Notes under the pieces: generated by a model
What the model saw: the letters and a program-made list of their open reading frames with translations, nothing else
What the model was told of the DNA's origin: nothing
The model's database searches: none
Part shown: positions 41,772-56,290 of the stretch, in pieces
Layout of the letters: each line of letters starts with the position of its first letter
How positions within the stretch are numbered: the first letter of the stretch is position 1
NCBI RefSeq assembly: GCF_009914755.1
Contig: NC_060928.1
Origin: the human T2T-CHM13v2.0 reference genome, Homo sapiens
DNA: 64,000 bases
Strand: one strand, 5' to 3'
Program-made: the position numbers and the translations under genes

Positions 41772-42125
41772 GTGTAAATCAAAAAGTGTCTGAAACAGGT
41801 CTCAATTAATTTAGAGATTTATTTTGCCAATGTTGAGGGCATACCCAGGGAAAAGAGACACATGTCACAGTAGAATCTGTGGCTCGTGCTTTCTCCAAAG
41901 ATGGTTTTGAGGATTTCACTATTGAAAGAGGAAAGAGAGGGCAGGAAGGAAAGAGGAACAGTCAACTACGTACTCAGTCAATCTGCATTTAACATAAGAT
42001 AAAATAAACATAGATTAGAGGAACTAGTCAAATATACATTTGTCTCAGGGTGGGCAGAGGGATGATCTAGTCTTGTCTTTGTCCTGTACCTGTGAAGATA
42101 AACTGTTCTTTATATTGTCAGTCTC
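41772..42125 (-). mobile_element. MER4-group ERV1 LTR, partial
   Basis: TGTAAATCAAAAAGTGTCTGAAACAGGTCTCAATTAATTTAGA..TTTATTTTGCCAA; TTCTCCAAAGATG.TTTTGAGG. Confidence 0.75.
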
Positions 42126-42199
42126 ACCCCCAGTGGGAAAGGAGTGCAGTTTCAATCTTCAGCAGTAGCTTCAGCAACAAAACATCTGCTAACAACAAA

Positions 42200-42445
42200 C
42201 TACTCTCTCTTTTAATTTCTACCTCTTTTCTTTACCCTTTTTCTATTTTTATTTTCCCTTTTTCTTTGTTTTCTTTCCTTGTCATTTCCTTTTCACCAGA
42301 TGTTCACTTTCTCCTGTTCTCTTCTCTCCCTATCACACCGCATCTTCTTAGTTCTACTTTTTTTTTTTTAAACTTATTCGGCTCTCTATAACTTCTTTCT
42401 TTTTCACTTCTACCTTCCCTTTTACTTTCCTTCTTTTTTCATTTT
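42200..42445. repeat. Pyrimidine-rich low-complexity tract
   Basis: CT-rich runs read directly. Confidence 0.8.
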
Positions 42446-43519
42446 GAGCACTCCAGTAAAACACTTATCATTCAAAAGGCAACATTCCACTGTGCATATA
42501 CAGAAACACTAAACAAACTGTATTTAGGGAGGAGCATATATTGTCTAAATCCAGTTTTTCAAAGGCAGTTTCTAAAAATAAAATTCATATCAGAGAATGT
42601 AAAGGTTTGGGTGGGAAATGCTGTGTCAAATTGTCAGTTGTCTTTATAACCTGACATGAAGTGTGTATTAATGAATTATACAAAATCAACACACAACAAA
42701 TTGCCTTTCATCTTCTCTTATGGGTTTCAGAGCTGTCAGAAGATTCGGCAGTCTATAATTAGAATGAAAACAAGTCCAGCTTCTCTAATTTTCTTTTCTA
42801 TTTCTAACAGAAGAATTGATTCTAGACAGTTAACTATAAAATTCAGTAGTTATTAATTTTTCCACCCAAAAGAAATTTTATGTATCTTCCATTTCTTCTA
42901 ACTTGTTATTTTTATCTAAGAAACATCTTTATTTATACCAGAGTCAATGAGTCAATCCTGAAACTGCATTATTTCAATGAGGTTAATACATATTGTAGAA
43001 GACAGATAATTTTGTGCCTTTTCAGGAGCAGTAGCTAAATAAAACATATTGAAAAAAGACATTTTTAGTAAAAAGTATGTATGGCCTGTTTATTCTCATC
43101 AAATTGTAGACTTAGTATCTGATCTTAGCTCCACACTCTCTGGCATTCCTGTTTGCTTACTGTCAGAGGACAAGTAACAGCAGTCCTTGGTTAGCAAGGA
43201 AAAAAAAATACCCAATCCTCTCTAGAAATATTTCAAACTTTCTAAAGTAGGATTAGTGGGCTACGAGGAAAAATTATTAGCTCTTGGTCAAAATACAATT
43301 GATTCAAAACAGACTTACATCAGGGCAGCCATAGGCATTGGGTTAAGAAGAGGAAAAGGAAAATAAAGAAATTGTTTTGGATTTCAAGTTTAGGGAATTT
43401 ATTTCAAGTCTAAAAAGAATAACCAAAGGAACATAAGCTTAAAATGAAAATAACAGCAGTATGATTCTTGGAAAAGAAACAATATTTTTTCAATACAGTA
43501 ATCAGTACATATGAGGCAT

Positions 43520-44854
43520 CTACTATACCAACAATGCTATAATATTTATATCGATAAATTAGAGTGACATAGAGCAATCTGTATATTGGACCAGAGTTGT
43601 GCTAAAATAAGGCAATGCAGTGCATGGTTGACCTCAGAGAAGTTATTTCACACTGTAAGTATCCATTAAAAACATCAGCGATAATGTCATCAAATTGGCC
43701 CTTGATTTGAGCTGGAGCAATTATTCCTACAATTTAGTTTCAATAATTTACATTATTTAGTAATATTATTTTAAGTCAACTTCCAAATAATACATAGGAA
43801 TGCCAAATTAATGTAGCTTTATGTTTCAACTAAAGACAATAATATATAAATTTTTATGAAATGTTCTATTCCATTAAGAATCTTCTCTAAAGAGTCAATG
43901 AAGACATGAGATCATACATGTATAAAAATATATTAAGGGCTTATTGTATAATTGACTTGTTATATTCTAACTGAAAAATATGGTGTCTCTAAAGCCATAT
44001 AAATATCTTTGCAGAAATATATTATAATATTCACTTTTTATTTACTTAGTAAATATCCCAACCATTTGTAAGAAAGAATAAACTACTTCCTTTGGGTTTT
44101 GATAACAATCTATATCAGAATTCCCAAATTAATGGAACAAAATAGGAAAAAGTACTTGAAACCATAATTTATATTTAGGTATTTGTCAGGAAGCCAGATT
44201 CCACGGGTTTTGCATATCTGACCCTTTGGCATCTTCCCACATAATCAACCCTTTAACCCAGACTTGGAGTAAAGGGAATAACAGTATTTTTTTTCCCTTC
44301 TCTGTTTAACTTGGCTTAACTTTCTGTAGAAACTCCTCTTTCCCACAGCCTAATTCCAAACAAATTGTGATGTTAACAATACTCTTACTGTGGTAATTTC
44401 GTCACGTTGCCAGTTAACCTGATGAAAGGCCAACAATTAGATGTCATTTTCTATTTAGGTGAGAAAGTAATTAGAAATTTCACCTAAGATTGACTTGTAT
44501 TCTTATTTGTGAATTTCCTTTTTACCCACTCCCACTGAACTTCAGCAGAAATTCCAGTCAAGGGAAAATCCTAACAAAAGACCATGAGGGAGGTAGTAAC
44601 GAATGATCTAGAAAAACATACCTTTTTCCCTCATAGGTAACCAATAAGTAATAGGATGCTAAGAAATAGACCACAGATAAGTACTTAAAACTGTAATTTT
44701 TTCAGGAGAAATTTGAAAGGGTCAAATAAACTTTTCTGTAGGTCTCTAGTATACCAACAATGCTATATTGATAAATTAGAGCAACATAGAGCAGTGTGTA
44801 TATGTATATTGGCCCAAAGTTGTGCTAAAATAAGGCAATACAGTACATGGTTGA
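43520..44854 (+). repeat. Local direct duplication, about 110 bp (43520-43631 / 44746-44854)
   Basis: ATACCAACAATGCTATA...GATAAATTAGAG..CATAGAGCA..GTTGTGCTAAAATAAGGCAAT.CAGT.CATGGTTGA occurs twice. Confidence 0.93.
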
Positions 44855-44963
44855 TAAGAGAGAAAATACAAAATAATTTTAAGAAATCGTTACTTTTCCT
44901 AAATTAGAAGAGAATAAAGTAAGAAACTTATCTGTAACGCTTTCAACAGAAAGTGGAAAATAA

Positions 44964-45235
<272 letters not shown>

Positions 45236-45980
45236 TTTTTAAAATAGAAAAAAGCGGGCGATTTTAAAAAACATGTGGAGAACAGCTAGGAAGCAAGACA
45301 ATCTGATCTGTATGAGGGAAGGAACATGACACTATTGGGGATGAATGATTTCAATCATGCTCCAGGTCTTCTGAGGTCATTTGACCAAATAGCAGCAACC
45401 AGGAAATATTTCAAAAGCCTGTAATAGGGAACGGGGAGCGCTGGGGCTGCAGATCTTTTGGACACAACACGGGGCAAGCAGCAGCCTTTGTGTCAGCATT
45501 TGCACATCAAGATTGGGAAACATTAAAGTTTCATAAAATATTTAGATGGTGTCCACAGTGGTGAAGGTGGGGAGTGGTGGGTAACAGGGCTATAGGATTA
45601 AACATGCTTTAGAAATGCTATTAATTTATCGATGATTTGAAAATTCACTGTGCTAAACAAATGCGTTGGCTTTATTCAATACAGCATTTCTCAAATGTAC
45701 TTCAGCTAAAAACTTTCCTCCCTGCCACATCCTATACATACCTACCCCAAATTCTTAACAACTCACAAGACAATGTATTTTGTCCTGCAAAAATCCATTT
45801 TGGTAAATGATGATCTTTATCACTGCTAATTGTTTGAACCAAGGATCAAGTGGATTGGAGAAAAAGATGAGAAATAGTGAGGACTTTGGAGGTCTCAGGA
45901 TATATTCAGTGGTCTAACACTGTTGATGAATCCTAAGGAAAATATCAAAGGCTAATTCCCTAGGTACTTAAGAATGAATC

Positions 45981-46321
<341 letters not shown>

Positions 46322-47084
46322 TCAACCATTTTTAGTGTCCTATGCTGACTGGTAGAAAAATGGGATCTTTTCTTTCTCTGTATCCAAAGCAGATATCTGA
46401 CATACTTACTCAAGGTCGACAGGTATTTAAAGACTTTTCTTTCTCTCTTTGTTTATCCAGTTAATTGACTAAGATCTCCTCTAAGGCATTGGAGATTTTC
46501 TATTACTGTAGTTCTTCCTGATTTCCCCAATTTTAGATAGGATCCTCGGGGTGGTGGTGGGAGAGAGAGTGAGAGAGAGAAAATAGACCCTAGAAAGATT
46601 TATTTGATAAGCTTTGCCTCTTTACGCTGTAGCATGGAAAGAATATCTGGAGAGGGCAAAAGCACATTGAAGATATTACAATATAGGAAAGGGTGTAACC
46701 CATGAAATCTTTTGAAAGACTCCTCTGACTTTCAATGGAAGTATTTTGTCGCTCAATCCTGTACGTTCCAAAAGAGTTATAAAATAGCCCAGTTGTCAGC
46801 CACTGCTTTTGGTCATTTTTGTTTCTATGCTATCTCTATATTTCGAGGAACCACACTGTGGCTGGGACATAAATGGCCAATCCTGACACATGTAACAAAA
46901 GCATCTTCTTTTTATTGCTGTCAGAGAAAAACTATATGGAAATAATGTCATTTTACTCTTAACATCATGACCTGAAAATAGCAGTCATTTAATGCTGCTG
47001 TTAAAAATCTCATTCATGTAAAAGTTAGGAGAGTCGTCACTCCCATTACTGGAAGATACTGAAAGGCCTCGTAGTATGCATATA

Positions 47085-47329
47085 TGTTCTCACTCATAGG
47101 TGGGAATTGAACAATGAGAACACTTGGACACAGGAAGGAGAACATCACACACCGGGGCCTGTTGTGGGGTGGGGGTAGGGGGGAGGGATAGCTTTAGGAG
47201 ATATACCTAACGTAAATGACGAGTTAATGGGTAGAGCACACCAACATGGCACATTTATACATATGTAGCAAACCTGCACGTTGTGCACATGTACCGTAGA
47301 ACTTAAAGTATAATTTTAAAAAAGAAAAT
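47085..47329 (+). mobile_element. 5'-truncated L1PA (PA4/5-like) 3'UTR
   Basis: ATGTTCTCACTCATAGGTGGGAATTGAAC...AACTTAAAGTATAAT plus A-tail. Confidence 0.93.
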
Positions 47330-48036
47330 ATGATGTATATATTGAGCATTTATTTAGTAGACATGAATCTCTAGTATTAGTCCCTAATTTGTTTACTAGT
47401 TCTATGACTGCAGTATCAAGTCCACTGCTCCTTATGATATTCTGATATTTTATTTCTAAACTGAAGACAATAATACTTTCCATGTTAAAATGTAGTTTTA
47501 TGGAAATGTTGTCATGATATGATGCATTTTGAAAAAAAGGCAAGTTGATATATTTCTTTAAGATAGTATTAAACAGTAGCTTTTCTACAAGTTTAGAACC
47601 ATGCCAAATGACATTTTTTCCCTTTTCCTCCTCACTGTATCTTTCTGACTCAGCTTGGTCAAATCATAGCACAATTTTTAAACTATTCAGTTCTTAGAAA
47701 AAACTCTTAAAGGAAGTAAAGAAAGAATTTGTTCACCCTCAAAGGGCTTCAAACTTGTTTCTATATGTGTAGTGTCCTGGATCATTAAATAATGATATTC
47801 ATGTTCAAAAGTAATTTATTATTATGAAAGTGAGGTGATTCTTAAGTTACAAAAAAAAAAACTCCCGCATGATTAGTTTTAGTTTTGTTAATTTATCACA
47901 CAGGGCAACTTTAAGATCATTAAACAAAGACCATTAAACAAGTTTCTTTAGCATTAAATATATGTAAAATTGTGTGTACATATATATATGCACACACAAG
48001 CATATATAGTGTGTATATATATGATATATATGATAA

Positions 48037-48038
<2 letters not shown>

Positions 48039-48080
<42 letters not shown>
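48039..48080. repeat. (AT)21 microsatellite
   Basis: Uninterrupted AT run read directly. Confidence 0.97.
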
Positions 48081-48083
<3 letters not shown>

Positions 48084-48108
48084 CAAAAACATCCTACTGA
48101 AAGGTTAG

Positions 48109-48418
<310 letters not shown>

Positions 48419-49350
48419 CAATGCAGAGATTCTTAATGGTAGTCTATGTGGCAAACTTCAGATTTCACAATTTTGTAGAGATAAAGAGATGACAACTTAC
48501 TGCACCCCTGGAATTTATATGTAGTGAGTTGAAATTATAGAAACTAGTTACATAGAAGTCATAGTCATGTAATCAAGAAAATGTAGACACCATTTATCCA
48601 TTTATTTATTCATTTTCTTATCAGTACTTATTGAGTACTTATCATGTGTCCAGCACAGTGTCAGGTGCTAAGAATAAAATGGATAAACCTAAAAGAAAGA
48701 CTAGAGACACCGTAAAGCCTTGGGCTGTATTCTGTGTGTTGTATGTAGTCTCATGTTGAAGCTGCATGTCAAGTAATTTACTGAAAAAAATAACGTTTCC
48801 TTTTAGTGTTTGCTTTATTTTAGATTTTATAATGTTAAAACATTTTTTCAATCTTCTTTGGACTTTAGAGTTTCTTTACTTCAAAGCAATTCAAAATATA
48901 TTTAACATAGAAAAGCAAACAAGACTTTTTACAGAATTGCTGAAAGTAATGTTTTATGAATTTATTGACAACTGTGAAATAGCAACATGCTAACCATCCC
49001 CCACAAAATATGGCCAATCTATCTGTAGTAATGGCAAAAGAAAGAAATTAAAGCTATTCTATGTTTATTCATGTTGCCACTAAAGACATATGTAACAAAA
49101 ACATCATTTCTGATGGAAAAAAATTAATGAAATCTGCTAAAATATATCAAGAAAACTAACCAGTACATCAATATTGATTTTCATATTCAAGAGGAGCATA
49201 TTTCCTTAATCCCAAATAAGGAGTTTTCAAAGATTAAAAGTCGTATTTCACAATTTGGGTATCTGCAAGAATTGCGGGGGGGAATGTTCTCTCAATCATG
49301 GGCCTACTTTCATTGATTTTTCTTTTTAATATCAACAATACTGATGATAA

Positions 49351-49475
49351 GGCTGGGTAGTGGTACGCACCAGTATTCCCAGCTACTTGGGAGGGTGAGG
49401 CAGAAGGACTGCATGAGTCCAGGAGTTCGAGACCAGCCTGGGTGACAAAGTGAGACCCCCTCTTCTCAATTTTTA
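49351..49475 (+). mobile_element. Alu monomer (FLAM/FRAM-like)
   Basis: GGCTGGGT..CCCAGCTACTTGGGAGG..AGGAGTTCGAGACCAGCCTGGG; TSD-like ACTGAT(G/T)AT. Confidence 0.85.
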
Positions 49476-50064
49476 AAAACTGATTATTAACATAATCCCT
49501 TCAAATTTGTTAATGGTAGCAATTTCTTTATTTTTTTCCTGCTGTAATATAACTTATTTCAATTGTAATAGTGGTACAAATTAGGAAGATCATAGTAAAA
49601 ACCCAGCACATTGTCGTATGTGATGTGTCGGAAGCAATTCTGTTCATTCAGTGGCTATAACAGGTTCCTTCTCCACTAGGCCACCCCATCCCCACCAACA
49701 CATTTTGTTACGTGTTTGCTTGATTTGCTCTAAGTGCCATGTTTGATTTTCTCACATTTCTCCCTATGACATTTGTACCCTACCTCTCATACATGTACAT
49801 CCTGTCCCCGTAACCAAATATGAAGATCTTTAGTATTTTAGAATTGCTTAAATTTGCCTGTATTTATAGCCTCCTTCAATTCACCAGTTACTCATTTACT
49901 GATCTGCTACAATGGAACATCTTACCATCCTCAAGCTATTGAACTTGACCCCTTTAAGATGACTGAAGACATTTTTATCTTGAAGTACAGTTCCTTTTCC
50001 ATCTCTGCCATCCCCAGTATGGAGTCTACTTACAGAAATCAATATCTCTCTAGGCTTTCATAAA

Positions 50065-50420
50065 TAAGATGAAGTTATCCTGTGTGTCATATAAAGTGCT
50101 TGGAGGCAAGCAACAGAAACTGATGCTGGCCATCTTAAATATGAAAGACAATTTTTAGCAGAATGGAAGAACTCATAGTTAATGGGAAGCTGAAGACTGG
50201 CCAGGAAAACTGGCAGGAATGAAGGGATCTTGGCAGCAGGATCCACAGGCAGCCAAGTGCTTGTGGCTGAAGCAGGTTGATGTTCTCACACCCTAGACAC
50301 TACACTCATTTCAACCTCTAGATTTCTTTATGCAGGAGTCAAATCTTACTTCTTCAACTAAGAATCAAAGTCCTAGAGAGAACATCTGGTTGGATAAGCC
50401 ATATAACATTTCCACACTTC
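50065..50420 (-). mobile_element. Old MLT1 (K-like) LTR fragment
   Basis: GCAAGCAACAGAAACTGA..GGAAGAACTCATAG..GAGAGAACATCTGGTTGG. Confidence 0.5.
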
Positions 50421-50499
50421 CTGCTACTCCCAATCCTGGCTGTTCCTGCAGAATCTCTCTACTTTGGGATTCCAGGAAACTATATCACTGTTATTCAGA

Positions 50500-50930
50500 G
50501 AAGAACACGTCTGGCTGTTCCTTCTCTGCTTCCTTTGCTAGAAGTGCTAATTTTGACCACAGGCTCATCTCTCTTGCCTATCTCTGTATTTTCTCTTCAC
50601 AGTCACACTCACTGCTTAAAGAGCCTCTTCCTATCTACATCTTTCATCAGTCCTGATTTTTCTTCTTTTCTTGTATCATCATCACTGTCTATTAGATATT
50701 TCCATTTGGATACATTACTATCATCTTAAACTCTGTTTATTTAAACCTAAGTTTATCATCTTTCCTCTCGCCTCTCCCAAAAAAGCCTTAGCACTGTGTT
50801 ACCTCAAGCGCAAGCACGTACATACTATCTGCCTGCCTTCCACCAGGCTGAAAGCCTTGAGCCATTTTTAATCCCCAGTTAACCACTGCTCTAGTTCCTA
50901 TGTTCTCTTCCAATCCATTCATCTAGGAAA
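50500..50930 (+). mobile_element. L2 fragment
   Basis: ATTAGATATTTCCATTTGGAT..CATCTTAAACTC..AAACCTAAGTTTATCATCTTTCC. Confidence 0.6.
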
Positions 50931-51082
50931 TCAGTTTATGAAATTTACTATTCATTAGTGACCTCACGTGCAACATGCCTGGTACTGTACAACAGATCCA
51001 CTGATGGGCTTCATTTAAAATGTGAACTGCAGTAAGACCAATGAAGTTCAGAAACTATATGAGAAATAGGTACTGTGATAAT

Positions 51083-51215
51083 GGAAAGGAAAGGAAAAGA
51101 AGAAAGAAAAAGAAAGAGAAAGAAGAGAGAAAAAGAAAGAAAGAAGAGAGAAAAAGAAAAGAAAGAAAGAGAAAGAAAGAAAGAAAGAAAGGAGAAAAGA
51201 AGATAAAGAAAAATA
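51083..51215. repeat. GA-rich polypurine tract
   Basis: Nearly pure A/G with GAAA units. Confidence 0.95.
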
Positions 51216-51325
51216 AAACTACCATTTGGGTACTATCACCACTACCTGGGTGCAATGTATCCATGTAACAAACATTCACATGTAACCCCCTGTATCTAAA
51301 GTAAAAGTTGATTAAAAAAAAAAAA
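51216..51325 (+). mobile_element. Old L1P 3'-end stub
   Basis: GGGTACTAT..ACTACCTGGGTG..CCATGTAACAAAC..CACATGTA.CCCCTGTATCTAAA plus A-tail. Confidence 0.8.
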
Positions 51326-51868
51326 GAGACAGAAAGCAAAAGATAGAAAAGTCTAAACAAAAGAGTACTCAAAAGTTTAGAAGATTTAGTTTCTACTTCC
51401 TCACTTTCTACTTATTAGCTCTAATAATAAGTAAACCATTAAAGTCTGTGGCTTTAAATGTCTTCATCTAAGAGATGAGACATTAGTCTATGTGTCATAA
51501 GAGGTTTTCAGGCCTAACACTTTATGACTTTGGTTTAGAAGCCTCTGTTTTCCAGGTTGTGACATTAAAACTAAATGTTCAGAGTCCCTCAGATCAAGCA
51601 GAATTCTCAACAAGGCCCAAGTGGTGCTCCAGGGTGCTGGAGGGGAACAAAAGAACATATAATCCTCAATTTTTTCCTTCCCAAGTAATCAGGAATAAAA
51701 ATACTGAGCCAGAGTTGGGGGTGCAGTATCTGGGAGCCTGGGTCAATTATAATTTAAGGCATCTCTTGCCCATGGACTAAAATGTGTGGCACAGAGGGGT
51801 AGTCCAAGATGTCATTTTAGAAAGAATCTGAGTCAAAAGCCTAGATGACCACCCAAACAAACAATCTA

Positions 51869-52289
<421 letters not shown>

Positions 52290-52299
52290 GGAGGAAAAG

Positions 52300-52765
52300 A
52301 AAAGAAAGTTTATTTTACTCGCATATTCTTGAGAGGGGGTCATTGTATACCATACAGGATCACTGGGGAAGCACCAGATTTAAGTCAGATGGCAGAGGGC
52401 AGGAGTCAGGGGGAAAGCATAAGCATTAGTCCAGAGCCTTTACTGGAGTTTCCATAGGGGGTTAAAAAAAAAGGGAAGGAAGAGAAAACAGTTTAGGCCT
52501 GGGTAATAATAATGTCAGTGGGCTCTGAACTATAGGGGTAGTCCCTAGTTGCCTGGTACCTGGCCCTGGGATGATTAAGGCAGAGAAATATTGCCCCCTG
52601 GGATGCACAGGCCAGATAGAGGATGCATATCTCTGGATTGCTGAGTTTGGATGTGAAAGGCACACTCCTGCTTTAGATCTCTGAGAATTGACTAGCTCCA
52701 GTAGGGACAGTCTTTTCCCCATCAGAAAGGTTTTTAAGATTTTCTGTGTATCATAATATACAGAA
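52300..52765 (-). mobile_element. ERVL-class LTR (MER74/MER54-type)
   Basis: AAAGTTTATT, AGAGCCTTTACTGG, AACAGTTTAGG, GTCCCTAGTTGCCTGGTACCTGGCCCTGGG; subfamily uncertain. Confidence 0.6.
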
Positions 52766-53143
52766 AATTAAAAATATATGCAATATAGAAACAAATTTTA
52801 GAAAGTTTAGTAGACCTTTGTCACTGGATTTCATGGCCTCAAGTCAAAATATTTGACCTGGCCTCTGTGTGTGTGTGTGTGTGTGTGGATGTGTGTGTTT
52901 GTGAGTTTGGGTAGAGCATTAAAAGTAAAAAGTAAGAGATGTTAGAAAATGTAGGTGAAAATATATAAAATATTATTTTAATGTTTCAAAGAGACTTGAT
53001 AGTGAAGGAAAAAATATAAGCAGTAGTAAGAGGAAGGTGTAGATTGGAAATAAAAATTTATTGCAAACCTATTGCATAGATGACACTTATTCTAGGAAGT
53101 CAGTAACATATAACACAACAAACTAAAACTGTCCTGTGATTTC

Positions 53144-54317
53144 ATGTAAAACGAAAATTGCCACAATTCTAGATTAAAATCACACTGCCTGACGTCTTTG
53201 ATAAAAACACACATAATAAAGAAGAGAGAATATAAATAATCCAGATTAAGGAAGATTTTTACCCACAAAGCTTCCTTGAGAAAAAAAATTCTATAGGTTT
53301 TGCCTGAAATTGAATAGCCCCATTACTGTCTCACATTTGTGATCTTGAGATAAATTGTCCTTTATCGCTAGTGGAGCTGTTACGGGACATGACTACCACA
53401 ATGAAATTGAACACTTTCAAGGGACTCATAGAACAAAAATGTAATCTAGACTACAATTTATAATTAAAACTTTTCACAGAGCTCTGTAGTTTGTAAATGT
53501 GTGATAACAGAAAGTGGCACTGGTATGTGTTAAATGTCAATGATAAGTTTTCCTTTCAGTGTTCCATCTGTTACCACAGTAAAGAAAATTTCCAATTATG
53601 GCTCTTGCTTATGCAGTTTTGAAGTTGAAAATCTTTCACAGTATTTGGGGATGTGAGAATTGATTTACTTTTGACTACTTTTCCCACATTTATTTATTTA
53701 TCATTCTTTCATACAACATAGTTATTGCATAACATTCGTTTACTAGGTACTAAGAGATAGGACTAAAATGATAAACAAGGAAGAAATGAACCATGCCCTT
53801 GCAGAGTTGGCCATCTAGTAGGGACACAAACAATAACCAAGAAATTACAGTGCGGTGTAATCAACAATATTAGGAGAAGTACAGAGTGACACAGAAACAC
53901 AAGAGTGCCATTCAGCCAAGGAATTAGAGATGGATTACTAAGAGAATGAAATCTCAGCTGAGACAATGGATGGGAGTTAGCTGGTCAAAGAGGGGGAAGA
54001 AGACTTTCCAAGGCAGAAGTAACAGTAAAAGCAGGCTAAGCCATGCTGAGAAAACAAAAAAGACATCCAAGTCTCAGTAGTTTAGAATTAGAAAGGTTTA
54101 TTATGTATTCATTCTATGTCCGTAAGATCTAATGTAAAACTAAAATTTTCACAATTCTAGAATTACATTGCTCAACATCTTTGATGAAAACACACAAAAT
54201 AAAGAAGAGATCATGCAAATAAGCCAGATTAAGGAAGATTGTTATTCCTCAAACCTCCTTGTAAAAACTTCTGTAGGTCTGCCTGACATTGGATGACCCT
54301 TACAATCTCACATTTGT
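53144..54317 (+). repeat. Local direct duplication, about 190 bp (53144-53340 / 54132-54317)
   Basis: ATGTAAAAC..CACAATTCTAGA..AAAACACACA.AATAAAGAAGAGA..CCAGATTAAGGAAGATT..TCTCACATTTGT occurs twice. Confidence 0.93.
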
Positions 54318-54650
54318 AGCCATCATGTGCTGACCACATCTCTGCTCCATGTCTTCTTTCCAGGACATAGGCTGATGAATTATCCTCCATGTGGGACATT
54401 GCCTGTCTTGTGGCAGACTGAAGAAAGATCACACTGAATGGCTCTTAAAGCCATTATCCTTAACATGGCTTTTAAAGGTATCCTCCAAAAATGATAGATG
54501 TCACTTTTGTTTACATTTCCCTAGGCTAAACAAATCACCTGGCTATGTCTGCAGGACAAAGAGGTATAATATTCCAATGGGCAGAAAGGGACACCACACT
54601 GTGAAAAACTGGACATTATGGCAGACTAGTGTTACCATTTATGAATGGCA
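54030..54650 (-). mobile_element. Old MLT1 (J/K-like) LTR carrying the duplicated insert
   Basis: GGCTAAGCCATGCTG..AAGTCTCAGTAG..AAGGTTTATT..TGTCC, then after the insert CTCTGCTCCATGTC..GGAC..AGGCTGA..GTCACTTTTG..ATCACCTGGC. Confidence 0.65.
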
Positions 54651-54800
54651 TAAATAAAGGAAGAGTCCCAACGTGAAACTCAGTATAGCTTAAGACTTGA
54701 TTTTTATATAGCTTGAGCTTAGACAGTGAGGCAGAAAGAGATATAGCATGAAGCTGGGTCAATAACCATGAGCCAGATGGGGCAAGCTCTACAGGCCACT

Positions 54801-54970
54801 TTATTTATTTATTTATTTATTTACTTACTTACTTACTTACTTAAGACAGGGTCTTGCTCTGTGACCCAGGCTGGAGGGCAGGGGCACAGTCATGGTTCAC
54901 CACAGCCTCTATCTCCTGGGACCGAGCACTCCTCCTGCCTCAGCCTCTCACATAGCTGAGACTATAGGCC
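54801..54970 (-). mobile_element. Alu right monomer (FRAM/AluJ fragment)
   Basis: (TTTA/CTTA)n tail then AGACAGGGTCTTGCTCTG..CCTCAGCCTC..GACTATAGGC. Confidence 0.85.
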
Positions 54971-55634
54971 ACATTAAAGAGTTAAAACATGATCCTAAAT
55001 CCTTTGGGTAGCCATTGATGGCTGACTGTAATGTGGAAACTGAGTGAGAAACAGGACAGATTGCAAGAAGAGGGGCCAGTCAGAAAGTGTAGGCCTAAAT
55101 CTAGGGGAAAAATCATGGAGGCCTGACCTAGATAAATGCAGTAAGAATGGCAAAGGCCCACAGGATTTAAGAAGTGTTAGAAAAACTGAATCATCAGCAG
55201 CTGGAGAGTGCGTGGCTATGAGGGATCACAGGGAGGAAGAAATGATACAGTTCAAGTTTTCGTTTGTTTAGTAAAGGATGACATGAATCCCCATACAGAA
55301 AACACAGAGGGGAAGCAGGTGAAGAGGGAAGACAGTAAATTCCTTTTGGAACAGTTTGACTCTGGCTCCTCTGGAAGGCATTCAAGTAGAGGTATCCAGT
55401 AGGTGGATACACATTTAGGTTGGAGGCTACAGAAGAAGGGAAATCTGAGCTGCAGATACAATGATGGGAGTCATCAAAGTACAGATGATGAGCAAAGCTG
55501 TGGAGGGACTGAAGTCATTCAGGGAGATGGCATGAAAGGAGAAAAGGAGAAATAATAAAAAGATTATGCAGCACAACACTAAAACTTTTTCTGCAGAGAG
55601 ATTTTCTGGGGCCTTTATTAAAAGCTTGTATTCC

Positions 55635-56011
<377 letters not shown>

Positions 56012-56064
56012 TTAAAGAAGAGTCAGAAGTCATACTCCTCAAGACCTCCCATAGCATTCCACAT

Positions 56065-56290
56065 AAAGTGGTCTGGAAAACAATTCATCAGTGAGTCAGA
56101 CAGTTTGGGTTTTAGCTCCCTACTTTGCCTCATAGCAACCATGTGTCCTTGGAAAACCCCTTAATCAGCCATGTCTTAATGCTGTCATTTGTACAACAAG
56201 GATGCTGGCACCTCCGCTCCATATTGAATCAGGTTGACAGGATTAACAAAGCTACATAATATAGGTGAAAAGCCCTTTGGAAGCTGAAAG
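56065..56290 (-). mobile_element. MIR
   Basis: GAGTCAGACAGTTTGGGTTT..TGTGTCCTTGG..TCATTTGTA..AGGATTAA. Confidence 0.7.

Larger units (their letters stand above)
53685..55560 (-). mobile_element. L2 interrupted by MLT1 and an Alu monomer
   Basis: TTCATTCTTTCATACAACATA, CCATGCCCTTGCAGAGTT, GGAGTTAGCTGG, AGGTATCCAGTAGG, GGGAGTCATCA. Confidence 0.75.

Noticed and set aside
51041-51372. Lys/Arg/Glu-rich and Phe-rich ORFs
   Set aside because: Translations of the GA low-complexity tract.
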